Positions 10,268 through 20,461 of a stretch of 64,000 nucleotides of DNA are shown one piece after another; position 1 is the first letter of the stretch; every line of letters begins with the position of its first letter. The notes below the pieces were generated by a model. The model ran no database searches and was not told the origin of the DNA. It was given only the letters and a program-made list of their open reading frames with translations. The translations under genes were made by a program, and so were the position numbers. Source of the stretch: an uncultured bacterium (GTDB taxonomy: Bacteria > Oederibacteriota > JAAXVQ01 > JAUVAV01); NCBI GenBank assembly GCA_963710755.1, contig CAVQBK010000007.1, positions 1-64,000 of the forward strand, written 5' to 3'.

Positions 10268-10422
10268 GAGTCTGAACCATTAGTTGCTCAGCCTCCCGGG
10301 CAATCGGGAATCGAGATTCGAAAATTGATCCATTGTTGCAAATGCGGTTGATTGCTTGCCCCGTCGTTGTTGACGGGATCCATTCTAGATTTTCAAAAAA
10401 TCGAATAATTACTCAGCCTCCT
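10266..10422. mobile_element. Possible degenerate MITE-like palindromic element
   Basis: Terminal imperfect IR aggagtctgaaccatta / taattactcagcctcct (13 of 17 match) plus internal IRs. Confidence 0.35.
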
Positions 10423-10531
10423 GTACGCTCTTAGAAGCTGACGGCATGCATGCTCCTGGGAAAAGCGGGCGCTTGACCTGAGCTAGGTTGCCCAAAAGTG
10501 AAGGCGCTCTACTGCTAAAGGCCGGTGAACC

Positions 10532-13171
10532 ATGGAATTAATCATACCTCACATCAATACTGATTTTGATGCCCTGGCCTCAGCTTTGGCTGCGTCCAAA
10601 CTCTTTCCCCAAGCCAAATTATTTTTCCCAGGTGCCCAGGAACATAATGTCCGCGATTATCTGACCCGTTTCGGGGGACTTTTTCCGGAAATTATCAAAG
10701 CTAAAAAACTGCGGGCTCGCCATCTTACCAAAGTAATCCTCGTGGATGTCAGCCATGCCGAACGACTGGGGGAATTCAGTAACCTGTTGGACCAGCCGGG
10801 GTTAACTATTCTTCGCTTTGATCATCATCCCGGGCCTTCGCACCTTAAAAACGAATTTCACCATCAACAGGCCGGTGCCAATGTAAGCTTAATGATTCGT
10901 TTGCTCCAGGCCAAGCATCTGGAGGTTACGCCCGATGAGGCTACCCTGTTGGCCCTGGGTATTTACGAAGAAACCGGACATTTTACTTACACGTCCACTA
11001 CAGCGGTTGATTTTGAGGCCGCAGCCTGGTGCCGCCGGCAAGGGGCTGATTTGACGGTAGTTATGGATTTTTTAAAACATATTTTCAGTACCCTTCAACA
11101 AGCCTTGCTCGATGATTTGGTTAAATCGCGGGAAACAGTCACTGTAAGAGGAGTGCCGATCAGCCTGGCCATAGCTGAACGGGACAGTTTTGTTGAGGAC
11201 TTGGCGGTCATTGCATCCCGACTCAAAGCCATGGAAAACCTGCCGGTGCTTATGGTGTTTTGCCGTATGGGCACCAGAATTTACCTGGTGGCCAGAAGCA
11301 GCCGCGTTGAAGTGGCGGCCGACCAGATGGTAAGCCTGCTGGGCAGCGGTGGCGGGCATCATACGGCAGCTTCGGGGTTGGTTAAAGACCATTCGCTGGT
11401 TGAACTTAAGGAACGCTTTTTAAAAGGACTTGACCGGGTGGTTCAGGCCATTGCAGAGGTGGCCGGCATTATGAGTCATCCCGTAATGACCGTGACCAGG
11501 GAAACCACCGTGGCGCAGACCCAGGCACTTATGAGCCGCAGCGGACACAGCGGTTTGCCGGTAGTAGAACAAAGCCGCCTACAGGGTTTGGTGACCCGCC
11601 AGGATATCGAAAAAGCCCTCCAACACGGCTTGGGGTCCTCTTTGGTGGGTGACTATATGAATACCCAGATAAAGAGCCTGTCCCCACGGACGCCCTTAAC
11701 CGAAGTACAGGATCTTTTCCTGAGTCAGCATTTTGATTACCTGCCTGTGGTTGAGAAGGAAAAACTGATTGGCATGGTCACCCGGTCTGATGTATTTCGC
11801 ATCATGGTAGAACGCAAGAATATGATTCAGCTGGGTGAAAAAATAGAGGGAAGCAATCCTTTTTTTTTCGAGCCCCATCATCGGCTTAAAGACTTGGTCA
11901 ACGAGCGCCTTCCCCGCAGGCTCCAGGATATTCTGCATACAGCCGGCCTGTTGGCCGATCAATTGGGCATGAACGCTTTTGTGGTCGGCGGTTTTGTAAG
12001 GGATTTAATCGTGGGCCACGAAAATTGGGATATTGATATTGTCATTGAAGGCAATGGATTGGCTTTTGCCCAAGAGTTGGGAAGAAAATACAAAGGTAAA
12101 ACCAAAACCCATGAACGGTTCCGGACCGCGGTGGTCAATCTTCCCAATGGGCACAAGATCGACGTGGTCACGTCCAGAACTGAATTTTATGACCGGCCGG
12201 CGGCGTTGCCGCGGGTGCAGCAGGCCAGCCTTAAGTATGACCTTTATCGCCGTGACTTTACCATCAATACCCTGGCCATGCAGCTTAATCACGACCGCTT
12301 TGGCCGCCTGCTGGATTACTTCGGCGGAGTGCAGGATTTAAGAGACGGTCTTATCCGGGTCCTCTATGCCGTCAGCTTTGTCGATGATCCCACCCGCATA
12401 TTCAGAGCGGTCCGTTTTGAACAGCGTCTTAATTTTAAGATTGATCCGGATACGCGGCGATATATGGACCATGCCTTGCGCTTGGACTTGGTCAGGAAAT
12501 TAAGCATGCCCAGAATTTTTGATGAACTGATGCTTATTCTGGCGGAGGATCAACCGGAGAAAGCCATTGCCCAACTGGGCGCCATGGGCGTGCTCGGCTG
12601 GATTCATCCCCAACTAAAGACCACGTCCCTGGTGCTGCAATATTTTGATCTTGCCTGGGAATGCCTGGCGTTTGCCATTGTGTATTTGCAACAGGCGGTG
12701 GATAAACGCACTATTTACCTGATGGCCTTACTGGACGGGTTGAATACTAAGGACGTCTTGAACCTGGCCGGGCGGTCTCAATTTCCCAAAGCCCTGAAGG
12801 AACTTTTACATCTGCAAAAAATTAAAGGGGACCAGGCCCGCCGCCGCTTGGAATTGATGGACAGCTACCGGCCCTCCCAGGTGGTGCGCCTGTTACGACC
12901 GCTGCCGCTGGAGGTGCTGCTTTATGAAATGGCCCGCAGCAGCAAAAAAGAGACTGCCCAAGCTTTTCGCCAGTATTTATTGCATTGGCGTCACGTGCAT
13001 CCGATCTTGTCGGGCAGGGATCTTAGAAAATTGGGTTATCCGCCCGGCCCGGTGTATGAAAAGATGTTAACCAAATTGCGCAATGGCCGTCTGGATGGGA
13101 AAATCGCCAGCCGACGCGATGAAATCAATTGTTTGCAGCACTATTATCCTCTGCCGGAAACAAGACCATGA
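10532..13171 (+). CDS. DHH/DHHA1-CBS-CBS tRNA nucleotidyltransferase (A-adding-type architecture)
   Basis: HINTDFDA, DHH, GGGH, two CBS repeats, VGGFVRD..DIDI, DLYRRDFTIN, DDPTRIFRAVRF. Confidence 0.9.
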   Translation: MELIIPHINTDFDALASALAASKLFPQAKLFFPGAQEHNVRDYLTRFGGLFPEIIKAKKLRARHLTKVILVDVSHAERLGEFSNLLDQPGLTILRFDHHPGPSHLKNEFHHQQAGANVSLMIRLLQAKHLEVTPDEATLLALGIYEETGHFTYTSTTAVDFEAAAWCRRQGADLTVVMDFLKHIFSTLQQALLDDLVKSRETVTVRGVPISLAIAERDSFVEDLAVIASRLKAMENLPVLMVFCRMGTRIYLVARSSRVEVAADQMVSLLGSGGGHHTAASGLVKDHSLVELKERFLKGLDRVVQAIAEVAGIMSHPVMTVTRETTVAQTQALMSRSGHSGLPVVEQSRLQGLVTRQDIEKALQHGLGSSLVGDYMNTQIKSLSPRTPLTEVQDLFLSQHFDYLPVVEKEKLIGMVTRSDVFRIMVERKNMIQLGEKIEGSNPFFFEPHHRLKDLVNERLPRRLQDILHTAGLLADQLGMNAFVVGGFVRDLIVGHENWDIDIVIEGNGLAFAQELGRKYKGKTKTHERFRTAVVNLPNGHKIDVVTSRTEFYDRPAALPRVQQASLKYDLYRRDFTINTLAMQLNHDRFGRLLDYFGGVQDLRDGLIRVLYAVSFVDDPTRIFRAVRFEQRLNFKIDPDTRRYMDHALRLDLVRKLSMPRIFDELMLILAEDQPEKAIAQLGAMGVLGWIHPQLKTTSLVLQYFDLAWECLAFAIVYLQQAVDKRTIYLMALLDGLNTKDVLNLAGRSQFPKALKELLHLQKIKGDQARRRLELMDSYRPSQVVRLLRPLPLEVLLYEMARSSKKETAQAFRQYLLHWRHVHPILSGRDLRKLGYPPGPVYEKMLTKLRNGRLDGKIASRRDEINCLQHYYPLPETRP

Positions 13172-14253
13172 CCAGGAAGAAGATGGAACAACTGCAGAAG
13201 GCCCTGCTAAACTGGTATGACCATTGCAACCGTCATTTACCTTGGCGTCGGCATCCCACCCCTTATGCCGTGTGGATCTCGGAAATCATGCTGCAGCAGA
13301 CCCAGGTGGATACGGTACTTCCTTATTTTCAACGCTTTCTAAAAAAGTTTCCCAACCTCAAAACCCTGGCAACGGCCCATGAGGATGAAGTCCTCAAGGC
13401 CTGGGAAGGCCTGGGCTACTATCGCAGGGCCCGGCATCTGCTGGCTGCAGCCAAGGTTCTGCAATCAAAGTGGCAGGGACGGTTTCCCCGGCATGCCCGG
13501 GAATGGCGGGACCTGCCCGGGATCGGCCGGTACACCGCCTGTGCTATTGCCAGCATTGCTTTTCAGGAACCGGTAGCCGTGCTGGATGGCAATGTCAAGC
13601 GGGTCTTGGCCAGACTTACCTGTTTTGACAAACCCGTTGATCAGCCACTTCAGGAAAAGGCCTTATGGTCCATGGCCGAAGCTTTTCTTTTCAAGACCCG
13701 GCCCGGAGACTACAACCAAGCTTTGATGGAACTGGGCGCGCTGATTTGCAGGGAGAAAAATCCGTCATGTCCCGATTGTCCTCTGGCGTCTTATTGCCAG
13801 GCTTTTAAGACTAAGCAGGTGGCCCATTTGCCCATGAGAAGCAAGCGCCGGCGTGTCCCTCACCATCAGGTGGTGGTAGCGCTCATGGCTGACGCCCGCG
13901 GACACTGGCTTGTCGGCAAACGGCCGGCCCGGAGCATGCTCGGTGGTTTATGGGAATTTCCCGGGGGAAAGGTTCACCCTGGGGAAACATTAAAGGCAGC
14001 TTTGGCAAGAGAGCTGCAGGAGGAGTTGGGGGTCAAAGTAACCATAGGCAGGACGGGCCCGGTTATCCGGCATGCGTATACCCATTTTAAAATAACCTTG
14101 CACGCTTTTTATTGCCGGCTGCCCAAAGGTCAAAAAGTGACGCCCCTTTATCATCAGCAGTTGTTGTGGGTTGAAGCGGCACAGTTCAAGGCCTATGCCT
14201 TTCCCGGTGCTAATAAAAAAATTATTGCCATGCTGAAAGACACGGCGAGCTAA
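13168..14253 (+). CDS. mutY: A/G-specific adenine glycosylase
   Basis: WISEIMLQQTQV, WEGLGYYRRA, LPGIGRYTA, 4Fe-4S motif C..NPSCPDCPLASYC, C-terminal NUDIX-like domain; ATGA overlap with upstream stop. Confidence 0.96.
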   Translation: MTRKKMEQLQKALLNWYDHCNRHLPWRRHPTPYAVWISEIMLQQTQVDTVLPYFQRFLKKFPNLKTLATAHEDEVLKAWEGLGYYRRARHLLAAAKVLQSKWQGRFPRHAREWRDLPGIGRYTACAIASIAFQEPVAVLDGNVKRVLARLTCFDKPVDQPLQEKALWSMAEAFLFKTRPGDYNQALMELGALICREKNPSCPDCPLASYCQAFKTKQVAHLPMRSKRRRVPHHQVVVALMADARGHWLVGKRPARSMLGGLWEFPGGKVHPGETLKAALARELQEELGVKVTIGRTGPVIRHAYTHFKITLHAFYCRLPKGQKVTPLYHQQLLWVEAAQFKAYAFPGANKKIIAMLKDTAS

Positions 14254-14274
14254 GCAAGTCGGGTGAAACCAGAC

Positions 14275-15549
14275 TCAGTCAAAGGCGAGTGAGGGCGCAT
14301 CCATTTTTTTCTGGGTTTTGCGGTTCTCGATATAAAGATCGTAGTTTTCAGGATTGGGTAATATGATTTTGAAACAGGTGCCTGTTTCCGGAGATGAAGT
14401 CACGGTAATAGTGCCGCCGTGTTCGGTAATGATTTTTTTTGTGATGGCCAAGCCCAGTCCAGTACCCTTGCCTACCGGTTTGGTAGTGAAAAAGGGACTC
14501 CACAAATCCTCCAGATGTTCCGAATTTATGCCCGGGCCGTTATCCTGTACTGTGATTTCGAAATGATGGTTGCGGCCGGTCAAGGTCGCACAAATTTCAG
14601 GATCTTTTTGGCCGGCCAAGGCATCGGCCGCATTGGCGATTAGATTGACCAAAGCCTGGGTGATTTGCACAGGATTGCCTTTGGATAAAAAATCCACCTT
14701 TGCCACTTCGGTCTTTACGCCGCCCAGATGTTTGACTTTGGGCATGCAAATTTGGATGGCGTCTTCAATGCATTGGGCAGGAGCGTATTCTTCGACAGTG
14801 CCGCCTTGGCCGTGGGAAAAAGACCGCATGCCGTCAATGATATTTCTGATACGTTTAACCGATCCCGATGCCGTCAGAATCATTTCCAACACCTCGTCCG
14901 GCTGATGGTAAAAAGCGGAATCGTCGGTCGCAATGGCGCTTAGATACTGACGGTAAGCTTTCTCGCCATTGGCTTTCCAAAACCCTTTGATGAGGCCCAA
15001 ATTACCATGGATCACCGTCAACGGATTATTGATTTCGTGAGCAATACCCGCTGCCATGGTGCCCAGGGTGATCATGCGGTCGGCCTGCACCAATTGTTGT
15101 GCCCGGGTCTGGGCCAACTGTTCCATTTCCGAGGAAAATCGGGACAACTCTTCGTTTTTAACTTTGAGAGACAGTTCATAATCCACAACCCGGCAGCCCA
15201 CATCAATGCGGCTTTTTAACTCTTCCTTGTTGAAAGGTTTGGTAATATAGTCGTTGGCCCCGGCATCCAGGCCGGCGGTGATGTCTTCGGGCATGTTATT
15301 GGATGTGACCAGGATAATATAAACAAAACTGGGATCCTGGCCTTGTCTGAGTTTTTTAATGATCTCCAAGCCGTCCAGCCCGGGCATCATCCAGTCCAGC
15401 AGGGCAATATCGGGCCGTGGGCTTTGTTGTAACCGCGTCCAGGCTTCATCGCCGTCATTAGCCAGGATCAGTTCATGCTCGGTTTTCTTGAGCAAGTTTT
15501 CCAAGAGACGAAGGCTGATGCTGTCATCATCCGCCAAAAGTATACGCAT
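14275..15549 (-). CDS. Receiver-histidine kinase hybrid (REC-HisKA-HATPase, NtrB-like kinase)
   Basis: ILLADDD..LLDWMMPG..KPF; AHEINNPL; DNGPGI; PFFTTKPVGKGTGLGL. Confidence 0.92.
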   Translation of the reverse strand: MRILLADDDSISLRLLENLLKKTEHELILANDGDEAWTRLQQSPRPDIALLDWMMPGLDGLEIIKKLRQGQDPSFVYIILVTSNNMPEDITAGLDAGANDYITKPFNKEELKSRIDVGCRVVDYELSLKVKNEELSRFSSEMEQLAQTRAQQLVQADRMITLGTMAAGIAHEINNPLTVIHGNLGLIKGFWKANGEKAYRQYLSAIATDDSAFYHQPDEVLEMILTASGSVKRIRNIIDGMRSFSHGQGGTVEEYAPAQCIEDAIQICMPKVKHLGGVKTEVAKVDFLSKGNPVQITQALVNLIANAADALAGQKDPEICATLTGRNHHFEITVQDNGPGINSEHLEDLWSPFFTTKPVGKGTGLGLAITKKIITEHGGTITVTSSPETGTCFKIILPNPENYDLYIENRKTQKKMDAPSLAFD

Positions 15550-15828
15550 GGCATCCTCTTTATGATAGTTGGTCTCAATTAAAGTATCGGCCACTTTAAG
15601 GACAAGATTACTTAAAAACGCATTAATTTTATGGCCGGCTGCAGGGAGGCTGCCGGGCCGCAGGGGGGTGCGGCGCTAGGGTAATTTTGGAAAAACAGAG
15701 TCGTCGCTGGGAATGGTGTTTTTTAAGATAAGTGGTTGAGTTGCCTCTGGTTTACGGTATAATACGACCCATCTGTAGCAAAGTGACGTCGTCATCCACG
15801 GATGTCAACCCCAGGAGGACCTTCATCA

Positions 15829-16848
15829 GTGAAAGGTATTAATTACTTAAGAGGATTGATCATTGGTATTGCCAACATTATCCCCGGTGTTTCAGGAGGC
15901 ACCCTTGCTCTGGTGCTGGGCATTTATGAACGGCTCATTGATGCCATCCACCGAATTTCCCTGCAAACCCTCAAAGCCTGCTTAGGGCTGTTTCGCTTCA
16001 ACCGGGAGGGATGGTTGGCCTTTAAACAGGAAATGAGTCGCATTGATGCCTTGTTTCTGATCTCCATTCAACTGGGCGCCATGACCTCCATCGTAGCATT
16101 GGCCAAACTTATGACGTACTTACTGGAGCATTTTCATGACCCTACCTACGGATTTTTCTGGGGACTGGTGTTGGTCTCCGCCTGGGTGCCTTTTAAATTA
16201 ATTAAACGTCATTCCTGGAAAACCGTGGTGGCCGCCGTCCTGGCGCTCATGGCGGTTGTCGCCATGAATACTACTATTAGTGATGAAAGCAAGTTGGCCA
16301 AAGCTCAGGCTAAATACGAACTGAAGATGGAGAAAGGCCAAAGTACCCAGCCAGCGCAGCGGGAGAAGCTTGATCATTCTCCGGGCCAACTGCTCTACAT
16401 GGTATTGGTGGGCGCTCTGGGAATCGCGGCCATGATTTTGCCGGGCATCAGTGGGTCCTTCTTACTCCTGCTGCTGGGCGTCTATTTTATTGTCTTGAAA
16501 TCGATTATTTATCTCGATTTAATCATTATTGCCTCTTTTTCCTTGGGCAATATTATTGGCCTCTTGACCTTCAGCCGTTTTCTCAACTATGCGCTTAGCC
16601 ATTGGTACGATGTCACCATGAGCTTTTTGATGGGGCTGGTGATTGGCTCCTTGACCGCTATTTGGCCCTTTAAACATACCGCCCAAGTGGGTGCGGAGAC
16701 CATCTATTTGTCGGACCGATGGCCGCAGGCACTGGGGGGGAATGAACTGATGACCCTGGTTACCGCGGTCTTGGGGGCCTTGATTGTGGTGTTGTTTATT
16801 TATCTGGAACAGCGGAATAAAAATCAAATGCCGGAGAACGGCGTCTAA
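15829..16848 (+). CDS. DUF368 family membrane protein (putative undecaprenyl-phosphate translocase)
   Basis: Repeated PGVSGG / PGISGS motifs, multiple TMs; GTG start after ggagga. Confidence 0.88.
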   Translation: MKGINYLRGLIIGIANIIPGVSGGTLALVLGIYERLIDAIHRISLQTLKACLGLFRFNREGWLAFKQEMSRIDALFLISIQLGAMTSIVALAKLMTYLLEHFHDPTYGFFWGLVLVSAWVPFKLIKRHSWKTVVAAVLALMAVVAMNTTISDESKLAKAQAKYELKMEKGQSTQPAQREKLDHSPGQLLYMVLVGALGIAAMILPGISGSFLLLLLGVYFIVLKSIIYLDLIIIASFSLGNIIGLLTFSRFLNYALSHWYDVTMSFLMGLVIGSLTAIWPFKHTAQVGAETIYLSDRWPQALGGNELMTLVTAVLGALIVVLFIYLEQRNKNQMPENGV

Positions 16849-17051
16849 TAGTTTAATGTATTCCTCAAATTACGCGGGCCTGTCCCGGGGATGAAGGGGA
16901 AATAATAAATTAAAATTCCAACAGACTCCAAGACACTGCGGCTGGCTAAAGGATAAATTAACTTGATAATTCCGCAGCAGCTTGCTGTGGGGAAATTCAT
17001 TGTTTTTTGCAATAGATAATAGCCAACGTGCTCAATAGGAAGGTGATCAAG

Positions 17052-17900
17052 ATGTGGGATTATACGGATAAAGTTAAAGATCATTTCGCCCATCCCCATA
17101 ATGTGGGCGTAGTGGCTGATGCCAATGCCGTGGGAGAAGTGGGATCGCTGGTTTGCGGTGATGCTTTAAAGCTGACACTGAAGGTTGATCCAGCCACGGA
17201 AAAAATAGTGGAAGCCAAATTTCAGACCTTTGGCTGCGGCAGTGCCATCGCCTCCTCCAGTGTGCTGACCGATATGGTTATTGGCAAGACGTTGGAGGAA
17301 GTAACCAACATTACCAATCGTGATATTGCTCAGGAGCTGGGCGGCTTGCCCCAGGAAAAAATGCATTGTTCGGTAATGGGTATGGAAGCCCTGGAAGCTG
17401 CGATCGCCAACTATCGTGGCGAAACACTAAATACTGTAACCGCGGAAGAAGAAGGGCAGATTGTCTGCAAATGTTTCGGGGTAACGGATAAAAAGATCGA
17501 ACGGGCAGTGAAAGAGAATAATTTGAAAACCATAGAAGAGGTCACCAATTACACGAAAGCCGGCGGAGCTTGTGCTTCCTGCCATTGGAAAATCGAAGAA
17601 ATTATCCGCCGGGTTCAAATGGAAATGGGGCATGAAGGTTCCGATAAAGAATGCAAGCCCTTGACCAATTTGCAGCGCATGAAACTGGTCCAGGAAACGT
17701 TGGACCGCGAGGTTAGGCCTGAATTGAAAAAGGATGGCGGCGATCTGGAACTGGTGGATGTTGACGGCAAAACCGTTAAAGTGCGACTCCTGGGTATGTG
17801 TTCCGGTTGTCAAGTAGCCAACTTTACGCTCAAAGACTTGGTGGGGGCTAAATTACGCGAGTTCGTAGAGCCCGATATTCAGGTGGAGGAGATTAAATAA
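17052..17900 (+). CDS. nifU: Fe-S cluster scaffold NifU (three-domain)
   Basis: IscU domain (CGD, FGCGSAIAS, KMHCS), central CKCF..GGACASC, C-terminal Nfu CSGC. Confidence 0.96.
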   Translation: MWDYTDKVKDHFAHPHNVGVVADANAVGEVGSLVCGDALKLTLKVDPATEKIVEAKFQTFGCGSAIASSSVLTDMVIGKTLEEVTNITNRDIAQELGGLPQEKMHCSVMGMEALEAAIANYRGETLNTVTAEEEGQIVCKCFGVTDKKIERAVKENNLKTIEEVTNYTKAGGACASCHWKIEEIIRRVQMEMGHEGSDKECKPLTNLQRMKLVQETLDREVRPELKKDGGDLELVDVDGKTVKVRLLGMCSGCQVANFTLKDLVGAKLREFVEPDIQVEEIK

Positions 17901-19090
17901 TGAGCCAGCAGGTTATTTATTTGGATAATAACGCTACTACCGCAGTAGCCCCGGAAGTATTGGAAGCTCTGCTGCCTTATTACAAGGAGGCCTATGGCAA
18001 TCCCTCGAGCATGCATACCTTTGGCGGAGCGCTGCACAAGCATGTGGACCAGGCCCGCAGCCAGGTCGCGGGCCTTTTTCATGCTCGGGATACGGAGATT
18101 CTGTTTACCAGTTGCGGCACCGAATCGGACAATGCCGCCATTCGTGGTATTCTGGAAGCTCACCCGGACAAACGCCACATTGTGACTACCCGGGTTGAGC
18201 ATCCGGCGGTACTTAGTCTTTGTCAACATCTGGAGCACCGCGGCTACCAGGTCACTTATCTGGCGGTCGACCAGCAGGGCCAGTTGGACTTAGAGGCGCT
18301 CAAGGAAGCCATCAGGCCTGATACGGCCCTGGTTTCCATTATGTATGCCAATAACGAGACAGGCACCTTGTTTCCGGTGGACAAAATCGGCGAGATCGTG
18401 AAGGAACGAGGTGTGGTGTTTCATTGTGATGCGGTTCAGGCTCCGGGGAAGGTTTCTTTGGATGTCAATAAAATTCCGGCAGATTTGATCTCAATCTCGG
18501 GCCATAAACTGCACGCCCCCAAGGGTGTGGGTGCTTTGTTCATCCGGCGGGGAACCAGATTTGTGCCGTTTATTATCGGCGGACATCAAGAACATGGACG
18601 ACGCGGTGGCACGGAAAATGTCGCCGGCATTGTGGGTTTGGGCCGGGCTTGTCACCTGATCGCGGAGCACGGTGACGGGGAAGCGCCGATTATCGCCCGT
18701 ATGCGGAACCGTCTGGAAGAAGGAATTTTAAAATCCATACCTGAAACGTCAGTCAACGGCGATGTAAGGCACCGCCTGCCCACGACCAGCAATATCAGTT
18801 TTGCCTATATCGAAGGCGAAGCGATTCTCCTAAAATTGAACGACCATGGGATCTGTGCCTCATCCGGATCAGCCTGCACCTCCGGTTCTTTGGAGCCCAG
18901 TCATGTATTGCGGGCCATGGGTGTGCCGTTTACCAGGATTCACGGTTCCATTAGGTTTAGTTTTTCACGTTATAACACTGAAGCCGAGGTGGATAAGGTG
19001 TTGGAAATCTTACCGCCACTAATTCAAAATTTGCGTGATATGTCTCCTTTTTGGGCCAACCGTGAGAAAATTAAGCAAGCCACCTTCTGA
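17900..19090 (+). CDS. nifS: Cysteine desulfurase NifS
   Basis: YLDNNATT, SGHKLHAPKG, SSGSACTSGSLEPSHVL; coupled to nifU. Confidence 0.96.
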   Translation: MSQQVIYLDNNATTAVAPEVLEALLPYYKEAYGNPSSMHTFGGALHKHVDQARSQVAGLFHARDTEILFTSCGTESDNAAIRGILEAHPDKRHIVTTRVEHPAVLSLCQHLEHRGYQVTYLAVDQQGQLDLEALKEAIRPDTALVSIMYANNETGTLFPVDKIGEIVKERGVVFHCDAVQAPGKVSLDVNKIPADLISISGHKLHAPKGVGALFIRRGTRFVPFIIGGHQEHGRRGGTENVAGIVGLGRACHLIAEHGDGEAPIIARMRNRLEEGILKSIPETSVNGDVRHRLPTTSNISFAYIEGEAILLKLNDHGICASSGSACTSGSLEPSHVLRAMGVPFTRIHGSIRFSFSRYNTEAEVDKVLEILPPLIQNLRDMSPFWANREKIKQATF

Positions 19091-19174
19091 ACCAAAGCAA
19101 CATCCGGCACGACCGCAGTGGAAAACCTTTTGCCATGAAAACTTTAAATACCTTGCCAAGGCGAAGGAGGCGGG

Positions 19175-20266
19175 ATGATGGAAACAACAAAAACCTTGGG
19201 ATTATTCTTGGGGTCAGGATTTAACCAAGCTTTATTTGGTATGCCCTCAGGCGAGGATCTGGCAGCGCTTTTTGTGGAAGATCATCAGAGTGGGCATTGG
19301 GTACATTCTTTCAAGGAAGAAGTTCGACGTTTTGGACGGTTGGAAAAACTAGCCGGCCAATATGCCATGCTCAGCCAGTCTTCCACCACAAAAGTCGAGA
19401 AACTCGTCTATCGGGAACGGCTGAAAAAAATCATGATTGCCTACAGCTCCTTTCTCTTTCGTCGTTATTTCCTGCATCCCCACTATTATCTGCATGAAGC
19501 CAAAGCCTTGTTGAAGACCTACCTGCAAGCGATTAAACCGGGAACCGCCCTTTCCGATGCGGATCTGCTCGATCTTTTGGAGAATGATGTTTTTATTATC
19601 ACCACTGACAATGATCTATGCATTGAAGTCATTCTTACCGATTTGGCTGCTGAAGCTGGGCGCCAATTTCATTTTCATTATCCCGGTATGAATTGGGCGG
19701 AGCCGGCAACAGGTGCTATCCCGGTGTACAAACTACGCGGGTCCATCAATTGGTTTGTCAGTCTGGAGGAGGAAGAGAAGGAGGGTCATCATGTGCGACA
19801 GGATTTATGGTTGACCAAAGAGACCCGAATTGAAGATAAGGACGGCCGGCTCCAATTGACCTGCCAAGGCCGGTCTTATTTGCCGGCTTTTTTAATATGC
19901 TACAATACCCCCGCTTATCACGAGCCTCATCCTGTCATTGGAAAAATTTGCCAGAGAGTGCAGCAAGCGGCAAACTTGATGCTGGAACAAGCCGAGTTAT
20001 TAGTATTTATCGGCAGCGGCATGCCACCGGCTGATTATAAAGTATTTACCTTTTTGTATGAACGTCATCCCGAACCCAGCGGACCGCAGATGAAAATTGT
20101 GGATATCAAGACTTCGGTTTACCTGGAAAACAATTTAAAGCAGGCCTGTGATCTCTCGGCCAACCAGTTAAATCTCAATGTTTTCTTAAATGATCCGCGT
20201 CATTTGCTTCAAGTTAATTGCCTGGAAAAGAGATTGCCCCTCGATCATAGCCTTAGGATATTCTGA
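19175..20266 (+). CDS. SIR2-like domain protein with degenerate catalytic motifs
   Basis: Ordered motifs LFLGSGF..GMP, IITTDND..IE, VYKLRGSINW, LVFIGSG...D match the SIR2 pattern FLGAGxS / TTNYD / KLHGS / FIGYS. Confidence 0.65.
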   Translation: MMETTKTLGLFLGSGFNQALFGMPSGEDLAALFVEDHQSGHWVHSFKEEVRRFGRLEKLAGQYAMLSQSSTTKVEKLVYRERLKKIMIAYSSFLFRRYFLHPHYYLHEAKALLKTYLQAIKPGTALSDADLLDLLENDVFIITTDNDLCIEVILTDLAAEAGRQFHFHYPGMNWAEPATGAIPVYKLRGSINWFVSLEEEEKEGHHVRQDLWLTKETRIEDKDGRLQLTCQGRSYLPAFLICYNTPAYHEPHPVIGKICQRVQQAANLMLEQAELLVFIGSGMPPADYKVFTFLYERHPEPSGPQMKIVDIKTSVYLENNLKQACDLSANQLNLNVFLNDPRHLLQVNCLEKRLPLDHSLRIF

Positions 20267-20461
20267 TCCCCGCCGAAGGGTTTAATCCATTCATAATATT
20301 CTTCGTAACTGAAGTGGAATCAAATGAAATTCCCCCCCATTCATTTCAAGCAGAATACCTTCTTATTATTTCCTGGATTTTCAGGTAAGCATTGGGTAGA
20401 ATGTCGCCCAAATTACAGCCGCTATGCCTGAATCAGCATGGCGTTTGAGGAGGCCGTGAGT

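Noticed and set aside
19175-20266. Active Thoeris/DSR/Sir2-HerA defence system
   Set aside because: Catalytic residues are substituted and no partner gene (TIR, HerA, pAgo) is adjacent
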